From NCBI GenBank assembly GCA_963820825.1, contig CAWGBN010000002.1:224001-288000 (forward strand): 64,000 nucleotides of DNA. Direction: 5' to 3'. Numbering within the stretch: position 1 is the stretch's first letter; each line of letters opens with the position of its first letter. The position numbers and the translations under genes are program-made. Under the pieces are notes generated by a model. It had not been told where the DNA came from, did no database searches, and was given only the letters and a program-made list of their open reading frames with translations. This document shows, one piece after another, positions 10,641 to 22,119 of this stretch. This DNA is from Vulcanimicrobiota bacterium. GTDB lineage: Bacteria > Vulcanimicrobiota > Vulcanimicrobiia > Vulcanimicrobiales > Vulcanimicrobiaceae.

Positions 10641-10952
10641 ATGCCCACCGTCGAACAAGTTCGCGAAGCGCTCGTGGAGGTCAAAGATCCCGAGTTGAAT
10701 CTCGGGATCCTCGAGCTCGGTCTCGTCTACGACATCGCCACCGAGGGCGAGAACGGCGAGAACGTCAACGTCATGATGACGCTCACCTCGCCGATGTGTC
10801 CGGTCGGCCCGATGTTCATGCAGTCGGTCAAGGACCACGTGCTCGCGATCGAGGGCGTGAAGAACGCCAACGTCGAGATCACCTTCACGCCCCCATGGGA
10901 CCCCGCAACGATGGCCTCCGACGACGTGAAGGCCATGTTGGGGATCTGGTAG
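10641..10952 (+). CDS. Metal-sulfur cluster assembly factor (DUF59/SufT-PaaD family)
   Basis: DPELNLGILELGLVY, TLTSPMCP, FTPPW motifs. Confidence 0.9.
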   Translation: MPTVEQVREALVEVKDPELNLGILELGLVYDIATEGENGENVNVMMTLTSPMCPVGPMFMQSVKDHVLAIEGVKNANVEITFTPPWDPATMASDDVKAMLGIW

Positions 10953-10960
10953 CTCCGGCG

Positions 10961-11111
10961 CGCTGAACGCGCGGTAACGTAACGTCGAGGAGGCTCGGAC
11001 CGACGAGCGGAGCCGTGGATGGCGAGAGCGAGGAGGCCGTGCAGCAGGAGCGCAGCCAGGATGGCGGAGCGACGAGCGGCTCCGAGGCGTTACGTTACCG
11101 CGCGTTCAGCG
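10961..11111. repeat. MITE-like element with perfect 24-bp terminal inverted repeats
   Basis: CGCTGAACGCGCGGTAACGTAACG at 10961-10984 and its reverse complement at 11088-11111. Two internal GCC-N(1-2)-GGATGGCG units. Confidence 0.75.
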
Positions 11112-11119
11112 AGGCTGCG

Positions 11120-13369
11120 CTACCGAGATTGGAAATTGGCGGGCTTTGGGAAGATGCGGGTGGGGATCTCCGCGAAGGCTGGGTCGCCGCATTGCCAGAG
11201 CAAGAACGCATACTCGTCGGTGAGCAACTCCTCGCTCTGCTTGCGCGAGGCCGCGAGGAATCCGTGACCGGCATCGTAGTCGACGCGTAGTAGGATGGGG
11301 CGGCCGCTCGTCGTCGATTTTTGTAAGCGCGCCGTAAACTTCGCGAGCTCCCACGACGAGACGCGCGGATCGTTGTAGCCGGTGATCAGCATGACGGCGG
11401 GGTACGCGGTTCCCGGGACGACGTGTTCGTAGGCGTCCATCGCGTAGAGCGCCTTGAACCCGACCTTGTTCTTCACCGTGCCGAACTCGGGGATGTTGGG
11501 CGGACCGTTCGGCGAGAACTCCATGCGAAACGCGTTGCTCGCGCCGACCACGTCGAGTGCGGCGGCGAAGAGATGCGGTTGCGTGGTGATCGCGCGGCCG
11601 ATCGTGATGCCGCCGGCGCTCGTTCCCTCCCCGGCAAGGTGTGCCGGCGAGGTGTACTTATGCGCGATCAGCCACTGGCCGCAGGCGATGAAGTCTTGCC
11701 ACGTATGCGGCTTGGTCGTTATCATCCCCGCGCGGTGCCAGGCCTCGCCGTACCATCCGCCGCCGCGGACGTGACAGACGGCGAAGACGCCGCCGCGCTC
11801 GAGCCAGGCGACGCGCGTCGCGCTAAACGACGGCTCGATCGTTATTCCGTACGCGCCGTAGCCGTTCAAGTACGCCGGGTGCGAGCCGTCGAGCTTGAGA
11901 TCTTTGCGATAGACGACCGAGAGCGGCACCATCGTCCCGTCGGCACTGCGCGCCTGCACCTCCGACGACGTGTACGGCGACATGTCGACGTTGGCGAGCG
12001 CCTTGAGATGCGTATCCGTGACGCTGCCGTTTGCGTCCACGGCGTAATAGAGCAGCGAATGCGTCCACCCCGTCATGCCGAAGACGGCTCCCGGAACTCG
12101 CGCGTCGGTGCTCATCGCGTTGATGGAGCCCGGGAACGGAAGCGCCACGTCGCTGCTTGCGCCGGGAGTCCCGTCGTCGGAGAGCGCGATGCGCGTGATC
12201 TTCCCGAAGCCGCCGGTGCGAGCGAGAGCGTAGAGACCGTCGGCGGCGACGCCGACTTGCTCGACGACGGGCACGCCCGCCGCCACCACGGTCTTCGCAG
12301 CGGCGAGATCCGGCGCGTCGAGCGACGTTGCGATTACCTTGAAACTCGGCGCGCCTTTATGCGTGAGCAGGTATATGGTCGAGCCCTTCAGATCGTAGCC
12401 GGTAACGCCGTCGGCCGGCGTCACGATCTTCTTCCACGCAACGTCGGGCGAGTCGATCGACGCCGCCCGAGTTGCGTAGATCGTCACCTCATTCTGGACG
12501 CCGTTCGAAACGACGGCCAAAATATAGGGAGAGACCGGCGAATACAGGATGGCGGGAAAGTCGGTCGGCAAGAACTTGAGATTCGGGTTGACGCCGTAGC
12601 CGAATACCGCGACGTCCGTCTCCGCATCGCGCCCGAGGACGTGGAGGTAGGTGGCCGGTCGCGTCTCTTTGTCGGTCTCCGGCTCGCCCGGCTGCAGCTT
12701 TGGAAAGCGCACGTAATAGAACGATTTGCCGTCGGGCAGCCAACTCGTCGCGCCGATATAATACGCGCGGTCGATTGCATCGGGGAGCACCCGGCCGGTA
12801 TCGGTCTCGACGACGTGAATTATCGCCGCCTCAGAACCGCCTTCGGAGATGCCGTACGCGACGTATTTTCCGTCGAGCGACGGTAGATAGTAGTTGATCG
12901 TGTAATGCGTGCCGGCCGCTGCGAGACTCTGCGGGTCGATCAAGACGCGTTCGTCGCTCGCGAACGCGTTGCGCACGTAGAGCTTCGGCGAGTTGTCGCC
13001 CGGGTTGCTCTTGAGATAGAAATAGTACGGCCCGTCGATCGTCACGTCGTTGACGACGGCTCCCGCATTATCGAGCTGCTGGATCCGGTCGAAGAGCTGC
13101 TGGCGAGGAGTTCCGAGCCGGCCGAGCACCGCTCTCGCGTAGGCGTTCTGATCCTTGAAGAACTTAACGACGACCGGGTCGTTCATGTTCTCGAAGTAAC
13201 GGTACGGATCGGTAACCGACATGCCGTACGTCGTGATGCCGACCGGACGCTCGGGCGGCACCGGAGGCGGGGTCGGAAAACCTTGTGCCGCCGGCGCGAC
13301 GGCACGCACGGCGCAGAGCGCCAAAGCGGCGGCTGCAACGACGAATGCAACGAGTCGAGTAAGCAGCAT
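11120..13369 (-). CDS. Secreted prolyl oligopeptidase (S9A)
   Basis: Signal peptide, DPYRYFE, VRGGGWYGEAWH, nucleophile GTSAGG, NDPRV (Asp), AGHG (His). Confidence 0.93.
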   Translation of the reverse strand: MLLTRLVAFVVAAAALALCAVRAVAPAAQGFPTPPPVPPERPVGITTYGMSVTDPYRYFENMNDPVVVKFFKDQNAYARAVLGRLGTPRQQLFDRIQQLDNAGAVVNDVTIDGPYYFYLKSNPGDNSPKLYVRNAFASDERVLIDPQSLAAAGTHYTINYYLPSLDGKYVAYGISEGGSEAAIIHVVETDTGRVLPDAIDRAYYIGATSWLPDGKSFYYVRFPKLQPGEPETDKETRPATYLHVLGRDAETDVAVFGYGVNPNLKFLPTDFPAILYSPVSPYILAVVSNGVQNEVTIYATRAASIDSPDVAWKKIVTPADGVTGYDLKGSTIYLLTHKGAPSFKVIATSLDAPDLAAAKTVVAAGVPVVEQVGVAADGLYALARTGGFGKITRIALSDDGTPGASSDVALPFPGSINAMSTDARVPGAVFGMTGWTHSLLYYAVDANGSVTDTHLKALANVDMSPYTSSEVQARSADGTMVPLSVVYRKDLKLDGSHPAYLNGYGAYGITIEPSFSATRVAWLERGGVFAVCHVRGGGWYGEAWHRAGMITTKPHTWQDFIACGQWLIAHKYTSPAHLAGEGTSAGGITIGRAITTQPHLFAAALDVVGASNAFRMEFSPNGPPNIPEFGTVKNKVGFKALYAMDAYEHVVPGTAYPAVMLITGYNDPRVSSWELAKFTARLQKSTTSGRPILLRVDYDAGHGFLAASRKQSEELLTDEYAFLLWQCGDPAFAEIPTRIFPKPANFQSR

Positions 13370-13398
13370 GCACCTGCGTATTCTACGACCCTGAATCG

Positions 13399-13424
13399 TG
13401 TCATCCCGAGCGGGGCCGAGGACC
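13399..13424 (+). repeat. Degenerate copy of the TGTCATCCTGAGCG...GAAGGAC REP-like repeat
   Basis: TGTCATCCCGAGCGGGGCCGAGGACC between divergent genes. Confidence 0.45.
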
Positions 13425-13453
13425 TCTGCGACGAGGCGTGCAAGCCTGACGGT

Positions 13454-15007
13454 GTGAAGAACCGAGCCGAAAAGTATGCCGAGCTCGCGAAAAAACGCGA
13501 GCTGGCGAGGACGCCCGCCGGTTCGGAGGCCGTCGAGCGGCAGCACCAGCGGGGGAAACGCTCGGCACGCGAGCGCGTCGAGGGGCTCGTCGACGACGGC
13601 TCCTTCGTCGAGTTCGACCGTTTCGTCGTCCATCGAACCAATGCGTTCGGCCTGGATGAAAAGGAGTTTCTCGGCGACGGCGTGATCACCGGCCGCGCGA
13701 CGATCGACGGGCGGCAGGTCTTTCTCTTCTCCCAGGATTTCTCGGTGCTGGGCGGTTCGCTCGGCGAAGCCTTCGCCGAAAAGATCTGCAAGGTGATGGA
13801 CCTCGCGGTGCGCACCGGCTCGCCGATGATCGGCATCAACGATTCGGGCGGCGCGCGCATTCAAGAGGGAGTGGTCTCGCTCGGAGGCTATGCGGAGATT
13901 TTTTGGCGCAACGTTCAAGCCAGCGGCGTCGTTCCCCAGATCAGCTTGATCGCCGGGCCCTGCGCCGGCGGTGCGGTATACTCGCCCGCAATCACCGACT
14001 TCATCATCATGACCGAGAAGATCTCGCAGATGTTCATCACCGGACCGGAGATCATCAAGACGGTGACGGGCGAAGAGGTTTCCTTCGAAGAGCTGGGCGG
14101 AGCGAACACTCACGCGACGCGCAGCGGCGTCGCGCACCTCGTTGCGAGCGACGAAGCGAATCTCTTCGAGCTGACCCGGGCGCTCTTCTCGTTCGTTCCG
14201 CAGAACAATCGCGAGCGGCCGCCGAAGTACGATTGCGACGACGACCCAAACCGCAGCGTCGATGCGCTCGACGAGCTCGTTCCCGATTCACCGAACAAGC
14301 CGTACGACATGCACGCGGCGATCGAGGGAATCGTCGACTACGGCGATTTCTTGGAGATCCAGCCGCTCTATGCGCCGAACATTATTTGCGGCTTCGGTCG
14401 CGTCAACGGCGGCACCGTCGGCATCGTCGGAAATCAGCCGAGCGTGCTCGCCGGCGTGCTCGACACGCGATCGTCGATCAAGGCGGCGCGCTTCGTGCGC
14501 TTCTGCGATGCCTTCAACATTCCGCTCGTCACCTTCGTCGACGTCCCCGGCTTTCTGCCGGGAACCGACCAGGAGTACGGCGGAATCATCCTCCACGGCG
14601 CCAAGCTGCTCTACGCCTTTGCCGAAGCGACCGTTCCCAAGATTACGATCATCACGCGCAAAGCGTACGGCGGCGCATACGACGTCATGGCGAGCAAGCA
14701 CATCCGCGCCGACGTCAACCTCGCCTGGCCGACGGCGGAGATTGCAGTGATGGGCGCCGAAGGCGCGGTCAAGACGATCTTCCGCCGCGAGATCGCCGCC
14801 GCTCCCGACCAGGAGGCGAAGATGCGCGAACTGGTCGACGAATATACCGAGCGCTTCGCGAATCCATATATCGCGGCCCAACGCGGGTACGTGGACGACG
14901 TCATCGAGGCACGCGTGACCCGCAGCGCCGTGGCCCGCTCGCTCGAGATGCTCGCCGAGAAGCGAGTTCCCCGTCCCGAGCGCAAACACGGCAACATACC
15001 GCTCTAG
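13454..15007 (+). CDS. pccB: Acyl-CoA (propionyl-CoA) carboxylase carboxyltransferase subunit
   Basis: DSGGARIQEG, GPCAGGAVYSPA, DVPGFLPG, RKAYGGAY, RKHGNIPL. Confidence 0.92.
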   Translation: MKNRAEKYAELAKKRELARTPAGSEAVERQHQRGKRSARERVEGLVDDGSFVEFDRFVVHRTNAFGLDEKEFLGDGVITGRATIDGRQVFLFSQDFSVLGGSLGEAFAEKICKVMDLAVRTGSPMIGINDSGGARIQEGVVSLGGYAEIFWRNVQASGVVPQISLIAGPCAGGAVYSPAITDFIIMTEKISQMFITGPEIIKTVTGEEVSFEELGGANTHATRSGVAHLVASDEANLFELTRALFSFVPQNNRERPPKYDCDDDPNRSVDALDELVPDSPNKPYDMHAAIEGIVDYGDFLEIQPLYAPNIICGFGRVNGGTVGIVGNQPSVLAGVLDTRSSIKAARFVRFCDAFNIPLVTFVDVPGFLPGTDQEYGGIILHGAKLLYAFAEATVPKITIITRKAYGGAYDVMASKHIRADVNLAWPTAEIAVMGAEGAVKTIFRREIAAAPDQEAKMRELVDEYTERFANPYIAAQRGYVDDVIEARVTRSAVARSLEMLAEKRVPRPERKHGNIPL

Positions 15008-15031
15008 CACGCAACGAAGAGGAAGGCTTAC

Positions 15032-15817
15032 GTGAAACTGTTGGAAGGGAAGCGCGCGTTGGTGACCGGCGTCGCGAACCGCTGGTCGATCGCGACGCGG
15101 CGTCGCTCGTAAACTGCACGAGCACGGTGCGTCGATCGCACTCACCTATCAAGGCGAACGCGTAAAAGACGAAGTAGAAAAGCTCGCCGCCGAGCTCGGC
15201 GGCGGACCCGTCATTGAGTGCGACGTTTCCAGCGATGCCTCGCTTGCTGCAATGCGCGACGCGCTCGCGAGCGATTTCGGGAGCCTCGACGTCCTCGTTC
15301 ACTCGATCGCCTTTGCCAATAAGGAAGATCTTGGCGGGCAAAGTCTTCGAGACGTCGCGCCCGGTTTCGCGCTCGCACTCGACGTATCGTCCTACTCGCT
15401 CATCGCGCTCGTGAGCGCGCTGCGCGAATCCTTCAACGACGGCGCTTCGATCATGGCCCTCACCTATCTCGGCGCAACCCAGATCGTGCCGAACTACAAC
15501 CTGATGGGCATCGCCAAAGCGGCACTCGAGTCGACGGTGCGATACCTCTCCTTCGATCTGGGCGATCGCGGAGTTCGCGTCAACGCGATCTCGGCCGGAC
15601 CGATCAAGACGGCGAGCTCGCGCCAGGTCGGCGGCTTCTCGCGACATTCTCGACATCGTGCCGAAGGTCGCGCCGCTGCGGCGCAACGTCACGCCCGAAG
15701 ACGTCGGCAACATGGCCGTCTTTCTCGCCTCGGAGTCTATCGAGCGCGGTGACGGCCGACGTTCACTTCGTCGATGCCGGATACCACGCCATGGGTCTCT
15801 TCGCGCTTGGCGATTAG
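15032..15817 (+). CDS. fabI: Enoyl-ACP reductase (frameshifted in this assembly)
   Basis: LEGKRALVTGVANRWSIA, LVHSIAFA, YNLMGIAKAALE, NAISAGPIKT and DAGYH pieces across frames. Confidence 0.85.
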
Positions 15818-17499
15818 GAAGATCCTGATCGCCAATCGCGGCGAGATCGCGGTTCGGATCATTCGCACTGCGCGGGAGATGGGAATTGCTATGCGTCGCC
15901 GTTTACTCCGACGCCGATCGCGACGCGCTCCACGTCGAGCTTGCCGACGAATCGTACCGGCTCGGTCCGGCGGCTCGCCGCGCAGAGCTATCTCGATGCC
16001 GAAAAGCTGCGTCGATTGCGCGCAACGCGCGGGCGCCGATGCGGTCCATCCCGGTTACGGCTTCCTCGCCGAGAACGCCGAGTTCGCACGCCGCGTCGTT
16101 GCCGCCGGTTTGACCTGGATCGGACCGCATGCCGAGGCGATCGACGCAATGGGCGACAAGCTGCGCGCGCGGCGCGCGATGCAAGCCGCCGGCGTGCCGT
16201 TCGTGCCGGGTGCCACGCAGCCGATCGCTCGACGTCGCCGCACGCGCGCGACGCCGCCAAGGAGTTACGGCCTTCCGCTCGCGCTCAAAGCGGCCGCGGG
16301 CGGTGGAGGGAAAGGGCTGAGAGTCGCGCGCTCGCTTCGCCGAGATCGACTCGGCGTTCGAAACGGCGCGGCGCGAAGCCGATGCCTACTTCAAGAGACG
16401 GCACGATCTACGCCGAGCGATACTTCGAGAATCCCAAGCACGTCGAGCTGCAGATCGTTCGCCGACAAGCACGGCAACGTCGTCCACGTCGGCGAGCGCG
16501 ACTGCTCGCTGCAACGGCGCCATCAAAAACTCTGGGAAGAGACGCCGGCCGCGATCTCGCCGCACGTTCGCGCGGCGATGCGCGAAGCCGGGCATGCGCG
16601 CCGCGCGGCGATCGGTTACGATTCGACCGGCACCATCGAGTGCCTCGTCGCCGGCGATGCGTTCTACTTTCTCGAGATGAACACGCGCATTCAGGTCGAG
16701 CACACCGTGACCGAGATGGTCACCGGTCTCGATCTGGTGCGCGAACAGATCCGTCTTGCCGCAGGCGAGCCGCTCGGCTACGCGCAGGACGATATCGAGT
16801 TTCGCGGATACGCGATCGAAGCGCGCGTCAATGCGGAGGATCCTGCGCAGAACTTTCGCCCGGCGCCCGGAACGATCACCGCGTATCGCGAGCCGGCCGG
16901 CCCCGGCGTGCGCGTCGATTCCGCGGCCTACGCGGGCTGGACGATCCCAGCCGAGTACGATTCGCTCGTCGCCAAGCTCGATCGTCTGGGCGCCCTCGCG
17001 CGATCGCGCGATCGCGCGGCTGCGACGCGCCATCGACGAGTATCTCATCGAGGGTGTCCCGACCACGCTGCCGTTAGCTACGCGCGCTCTGCGATCATCC
17101 CGCCGTCGTCGACGGCACGTACGGCACGGCGACCCTCGAGGCCTTTGCGGCGGTTGGCGCCCGCCGGACGGAGCAGAGCCGCAGCGGCTGCTCTCCCCGG
17201 CTTTCGCCACGGTTCCGGCCGTTGGGCGCCGGACCGCGCCACGCCTCGCCTCGCTCCAAAGAGGCGGCTCGAGCGCGAGTGGAAGTAGCGTACGTCTCAC
17301 CGATGCACGGCACTCATCGTTGAAGTCCGCGTGGCCGCGGGCGATCGCGTCAACGGAGGGGCAAGTCGTCGCCGTGATCGAGGCGATGAAGATGATGAAC
17401 GAGATTCGCGCGCACCGCAGCGGAAACGTCGGCACCGTGCATGGTCGGCGCCGGTGCGACCGTTGAAAAGCGGCCGCGCGGCTGCGTAACGATTCCCGA
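15807..17499 (+). CDS. Biotin carboxylase fused to biotin-carrier domain (acyl-CoA carboxylase alpha; frameshifted)
   Basis: KILIANRGEIA, HPGYGFLAEN, ERDCSLQRRHQK, FLEMNTRIQVEH, and biotinylation motif EAMKM near 17380-17395. End approximate. Confidence 0.87.
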
Positions 17500-19083
17500 A
17501 TGGCCAAAGACGATCAACGATTCGGGAATTCCGATTCGAGCCCGTCTACGATCGCGGTCGAGGGGCCTCCGCTCGAACTGGGTGAGCCGGGCGCTTTCCC
17601 TACGGACGCGGCATTCGCACGGACATGTATCGCGGACGTCTCTGGACGATGCGCCAATACGCCGGCTTCGCAACCGCGGCCGAATCGAACGCCCGATACC
17701 GCTATCTGCTGGAGCGCGGCCAGACCGGATTATCGGTGGCCTTCGATCTGCCGACGCAGCTCGGTTACGACTCCGACGCACCGCAAGCGCGCGGCGAAGT
17801 CGGCAAGGTCGGCGTCGCAATCGACTCGATCGCGGACATGGAGACGCTGCTCGACGGCGTTCCGCTCGACCGCGTCACCGTCTCGATGACGATCAACGCG
17901 CCGGCCTCGATTCTGCTGGCGCTGTTCCTGGCCGTCGCTCGCCGTCGCGGTATCCCATTCGACAAGCTTGGCGGAACGGTCCAGAACGACGTGCTCAAAG
18001 AGTACGCCGCGCGCGGCACGTACATCTATCCGCCAAGGCCGTCGATGCGCCTCGTGACCGACGTGATGGCCTATTGCGCGCGCGACGGTTCCGCACTGGA
18101 ACGCCATTTCGATCTCCGGCTACCACATTCGCGAGGCCGGCTCGACGGCGGTCGAAGAGATCGCCTTTACGCTCTCCAACGGTAAGGCCTATCTACGCGC
18201 AGCGCGCGAGGCTGGTATCGCGCTCGACGACGTCGCTCCGCGCATCTCCTTCTTCTGGAACGCACACAACGACTTCTTCGAGGAGATCGCCAAGTTCCGC
18301 GCCGCGCGGTATCTCTGGGCGCATATCACGCGCGACGAGTTCGGATGCCGGGATCCGCGCTCGCAGATGCTGCGCTTTCACACGCAGACCGGCGGTTCGA
18401 CGCTGACCGCAGCGGAACCGGAGAACAACGTCGTTCGCGTCGCGCTTCAGGCGCTCGCCGCCGTGCTTGGGCGGAACGCAGTCGCTGCATACCAACGGTA
18501 AGGACGAGGCGCTCGCGCTGCCGACCGCGGAGAGCGCGAAGACGGCGCTGCGCACGCAGCAGATCATCGGGTACGAATCGGGCGTTGCCAATGTCGTCGA
18601 TCCGCTCGCCGGCTCGTATTACGTCGAGAGCGCTGACCGACGAGCTCGTCGCGCGCGCAAAGAGAATCATCGAAGAGGTCGACGCGATGGGCGGCAGCAT
18701 CGCCGCGATCGAGAGCGGCTGGATGCAGGCGCGTATCGCCGAATCGGCCTATCTCGCGCAGCAGGCGATCGAGCGCGGCGAGCAAGTCGTCGTCGGTGTG
18801 AACCGGTTCGCCGAAGCGGCGGCGACGAGCGAGATACCGCTGCAACGTATCGACGACCGCATCGAACACGAACAGGTCGAGCGGTTGCGACGCGTTTCGC
18901 GCCGGCCGCGACGCGGCCGATGCCGACCGCGCGTCTCGCGACGATTCGCGGCGCTGCGGAGAGCGGCGAGAACTCTGATGCCGCACTTCGTCGACGCCGT
19001 CGATGCCGGGGTGACGCTCGGCGAGATCTGCAACGTGCTGCGGGAGGTCTTCGGCACGTACCGCTGCCGAAATGGTCGCGTAA
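17500..19083 (+). CDS. Methylmalonyl-CoA mutase family, substrate-binding large subunit (frameshifted)
   Basis: [46 protein letters not shown]. No fused B12-binding domain is visible. Confidence 0.88.
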
Positions 19084-19097
19084 ACGGGACGCAGCCA

Positions 19098-19526
19098 ATG
19101 GAAATCGATCACGTCGCCATCGTCGTCAAGGATCTCGAGGCCGCCGTCCGGTTCTACACGCGGACGCTGGGCTTCAAAGAAGTCTTATCGCGAAGTCGTC
19201 TACGACCAGGGCGTCGAGACGGTCGGATTGGAAGCGGGCGAGTCCTTCGTCGAATTGCATTCTACCGCTCGACGAAGACTCGGCGATCGCTCGCTACCGC
19301 GGAGAGGCCGCAGACGAAACTTCACCACACAGCCTATCGCGTCGCCGACATCGAAGGAAAACTTGCCGAGCTCAAGGCTGCCGGCGTTGCGCTCATCGAC
19401 GAGCGGCCCCCGCCGGGGCGCGCACGGCAACCTCATCGCATTTCTCCACCCAAAGGCGACCGGCGGCGTTCTCATCGAACTCTGCCAGCCTCATCCGCTC
19501 CGCAGGACATCCCGAAGGAAATCTGA
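19098..19526 (+). CDS. mce: Methylmalonyl-CoA epimerase (VOC family; frameshifted)
   Basis: [40 protein letters not shown]. End approximate. Confidence 0.85.
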   Translation: MEIDHVAIVVKDLEAAVRFYTRTLGFKEVLSRSRLRPGRRDGRIGSGRVLRRIAFYRSTKTRRSLATAERPQTKLHHTAYRVADIEGKLAELKAAGVALIDERPPPGRARQPHRISPPKGDRRRSHRTLPASSAPQDIPKEI

Positions 19527-19533
19527 CGGTCGC

Positions 19534-20309
19534 TTGATTTCAGGAAGACAGGATCGGCGCCGGCGGGCGCTATTTTGGTCGACGATCGCATCGGCAGCCA
19601 TCCACGTTATCTTTTTGACGCTGCTGCTTCTACGCAATCGCGCGGCTCTTCATACCGAAAGGCGAGAAAGAGATCGTCGCTGCGACGACGGTCATCACGA
19701 TGAACAAGGCCGGCACAGGCTCCGGCCCGCGCCTCACCGCGCGCACGGCGGTCGCCAGCATCAGTCCCCGCCCGCGCGGGTACCGCGTGCGGAGATCGCG
19801 CAGAGACGTACGACGTCCCGCACCGCCGCAAGTGCCGCACCGCCGGCCGCAGCGTCCCGTCGCGGCTCGAGCGCGACGAGGCCGGTTTCGCACGCGAAGT
19901 CGCCCAGCTCAACGAGCAGAACGATCCGCACGCGATCCCGACTATCGATCCGGCAGCGCGCGAGTCGTCGACGAAGAGCTACGCGTTCAACGTTCCCTCT
20001 TCGTTGCGCGGCGACGAGCACGGCAACGGAATCATCACGCCGGTGCAGAGCTGGCGCGAGAACGGACGCGACTGTTACTACGGACGGTACGAGTATACGT
20101 ACCCCGACGGTGCGACCGAGAGCGGCAATATTCTCTGGCCCTTCTGCTTCGAACCCGACGCCGATCCGTTCAAAGAGCCGCCGCATCCGATTCCGTTTCC
20201 ATTGCCGCTGCTGGGCTTCAAACTTCCGGCCGACGCGGCGATGCCGCCGATCGAAAAATCGGTCTATCAGCAGTGGGCTGCGGCCAACGGCGCTACGTCA
20301 GCGCCGTAG
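19534..20309 (+). CDS. Hypothetical membrane-anchored protein (TonB-like N-anchor with S..IH; frameshifted)
   Basis: [20 protein letters not shown] transmembrane segment, Pro/Ala-rich linker, C-terminal domain with a Cys pair (RDCYYG...WPFCF). Confidence 0.55.
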
Positions 20310-20929
20310 GAGCGGCGTCTCTCGATCCCGTTGAGCACGAACTGCACGGCAAGGGCGGCAAGAATGATCCCAAGCAATCGCGTGACGACGTGAATGCCGG
20401 TCGTTCCGATCACGCCGAGCAGCCACGAAGAGCCGCGCATGCAGAGCCACGTTACGAGGAGCGCGACGGCGTAGGCGACCGTCACCACGACCAGGTCGAG
20501 GCGATCGCCGCGCGACAGGTTGACCAGCAAGAGCACGGTCGCAATCGTACCGGGACCCGCGATCATCGGAACGGCTAGTGGAAATACCGCAGGGTTCTCA
20601 CCCGCCGCGGCCTCGCGCTCTTCCGCTTCGGTGCGCTTCGCGCGCGTCGGACGCGCGAAGAGCATGTCGATTGCGATCAGGAAGAGCAAGATTCCACCGG
20701 CGATCATAAACGCCGGCAAGGTAATGCCGAGATACTCGAGGAGAACGCGTCCGACCACGCCCATGAAGAGCATGATGCCGGCCGCAACGATCACCGCCTG
20801 ATCGACGACCGCGTTGCGCCGCTCCGGGGCCATGCGCGACGTCGCCGCGAGCGTCATCGGAATCATGCCGATCGGGTCGATGATCGTAAATGCGGTTGCG
20901 AATGCCGTCGCGATGAATCGGGCGTCCAT
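20267..20929 (-). CDS. MarC family membrane protein
   Basis: IDPIG, AGGILLF, VFPLAVPMIAGPGTI, TRLLGIILAALAVQ. Confidence 0.92.
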   Translation of the reverse strand: MDARFIATAFATAFTIIDPIGMIPMTLAATSRMAPERRNAVVDQAVIVAAGIMLFMGVVGRVLLEYLGITLPAFMIAGGILLFLIAIDMLFARPTRAKRTEAEEREAAAGENPAVFPLAVPMIAGPGTIATVLLLVNLSRGDRLDLVVVTVAYAVALLVTWLCMRGSSWLLGVIGTTGIHVVTRLLGIILAALAVQFVLNGIERRRSYGADVAPLAAAHC

Positions 20930-20979
20930 GGTGCGACCAAAGGGTATCGTCTGATGAAGGCTAACGTCAAGGGCTCGAA

Positions 20980-22119
20980 GTGAACGCCGTCAACATCGAG
21001 GATCTGCGGCGCCTCGCGCGGCGCCGCCTTCCGCGCGTCGTCTTCGACTATATCGACGGCGGCGCCGAGAGCGAAACGACGCTTCGCGAAAACTGCGAGG
21101 CATTCGCCCGGCTGCGATTTCGTCCGCGCAATGCCGTCGGCAACGCCCCCTGCGATCTACGCACGACGGTGCTCGGCACGACCCTGGAACTACCCTTCCT
21201 GCTCGCGCCGGTCGGGAGCAGCCGGCTCTTCTTCCCGCGCGGCGAGTGCGTCGCGGCCGCAAGGGCGGGCGAGGCCGGAACCGCTTACGTTTTATCGACG
21301 CTCTCCGGTTGCCGGCTCGAAGAGGTCCGCGCCGCGTCGCGCGGGCCTCTGTGGTATCAGCTCTATCTCGTCGCCGGGCGCGAGGTCGCCTCGGCCGCGA
21401 TCGAGCGCGCCCGAAACGCCGGTTTCTCTGCACTGGTCGTAACGATCGATACGGCCGTCGCCGGCGAGCGCGAGCGCGATCTTCGCAACGGAGCGAAGGA
21501 GCTCACCGGTGGCAACCCTCTCGCGATGCTCCCGTTTGCGCCGCAGCTTCTCGCGCGCCCGCGCTGGCTGCTCGATTTCGTGCGCGACGGCGGGATGATG
21601 AAGTTTCCGAACGTCGTCTTGCCGGCGGCAGGCGAGATGGGTTACGCCGACGTCGCGGCCGCACTGGCGCAATCCACGGTCGCATGGTCAGACCTCGTCT
21701 GGGTCCGCGAGCTTTGGCCCGGACCGATCGTCGTCAAAGGCGTTCTCACCGCCGAGGATGCGCGCCGCGCGGTCGAGGCCGGTGCGGCGGCAATCGTCGT
21801 CTCGAATCACGGCGGACGACAGCTCGACGGCGTCGCTGCGACGATTGACGCACTCCCCGAGGTCGTCGAGGCCGTCGCCGGACGTGCCGAAGTCTATCTC
21901 GATAGCGGCGTGCGCCGCGGCTCGGACGTCGTCAAGGCGCTTTGTGTCGGCGCGCGCGCGGTGCTCGTCGGGCGCGCCTACGCGTACGGACTCGGCGCCG
22001 GCGGCGGCGCCGGCGTGACGCGTGCAATCGAGATCTTGCGCGACGGCGTCGCGCGAACGCTCCACTTGCTCGGATGCCACGCAACGAGCGAACTCAACCG
22101 CTCGTACCTCGCAACGTAG
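20980..22119 (+). CDS. FMN-dependent alpha-hydroxy-acid dehydrogenase/oxidase
   Basis: FDYIDGGA, VVKGV, VSNHGGRQLD, DSGVRRGSDV. Confidence 0.93.
   Translation: MNAVNIEDLRRLARRRLPRVVFDYIDGGAESETTLRENCEAFARLRFRPRNAVGNAPCDLRTTVLGTTLELPFLLAPVGSSRLFFPRGECVAAARAGEAGTAYVLSTLSGCRLEEVRAASRGPLWYQLYLVAGREVASAAIERARNAGFSALVVTIDTAVAGERERDLRNGAKELTGGNPLAMLPFAPQLLARPRWLLDFVRDGGMMKFPNVVLPAAGEMGYADVAAALAQSTVAWSDLVWVRELWPGPIVVKGVLTAEDARRAVEAGAAAIVVSNHGGRQLDGVAATIDALPEVVEAVAGRAEVYLDSGVRRGSDVVKALCVGARAVLVGRAYAYGLGAGGGAGVTRAIEILRDGVARTLHLLGCHATSELNRSYLAT

Noticed and set aside
15032..20309. Apparent pseudogenisation of fabI, carboxylase, mutase and epimerase
   Set aside because: Dense single-base indels with otherwise intact motifs, in block-like patches that include a normally essential gene, fit long-read consensus error. 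Read mapping would settle it.
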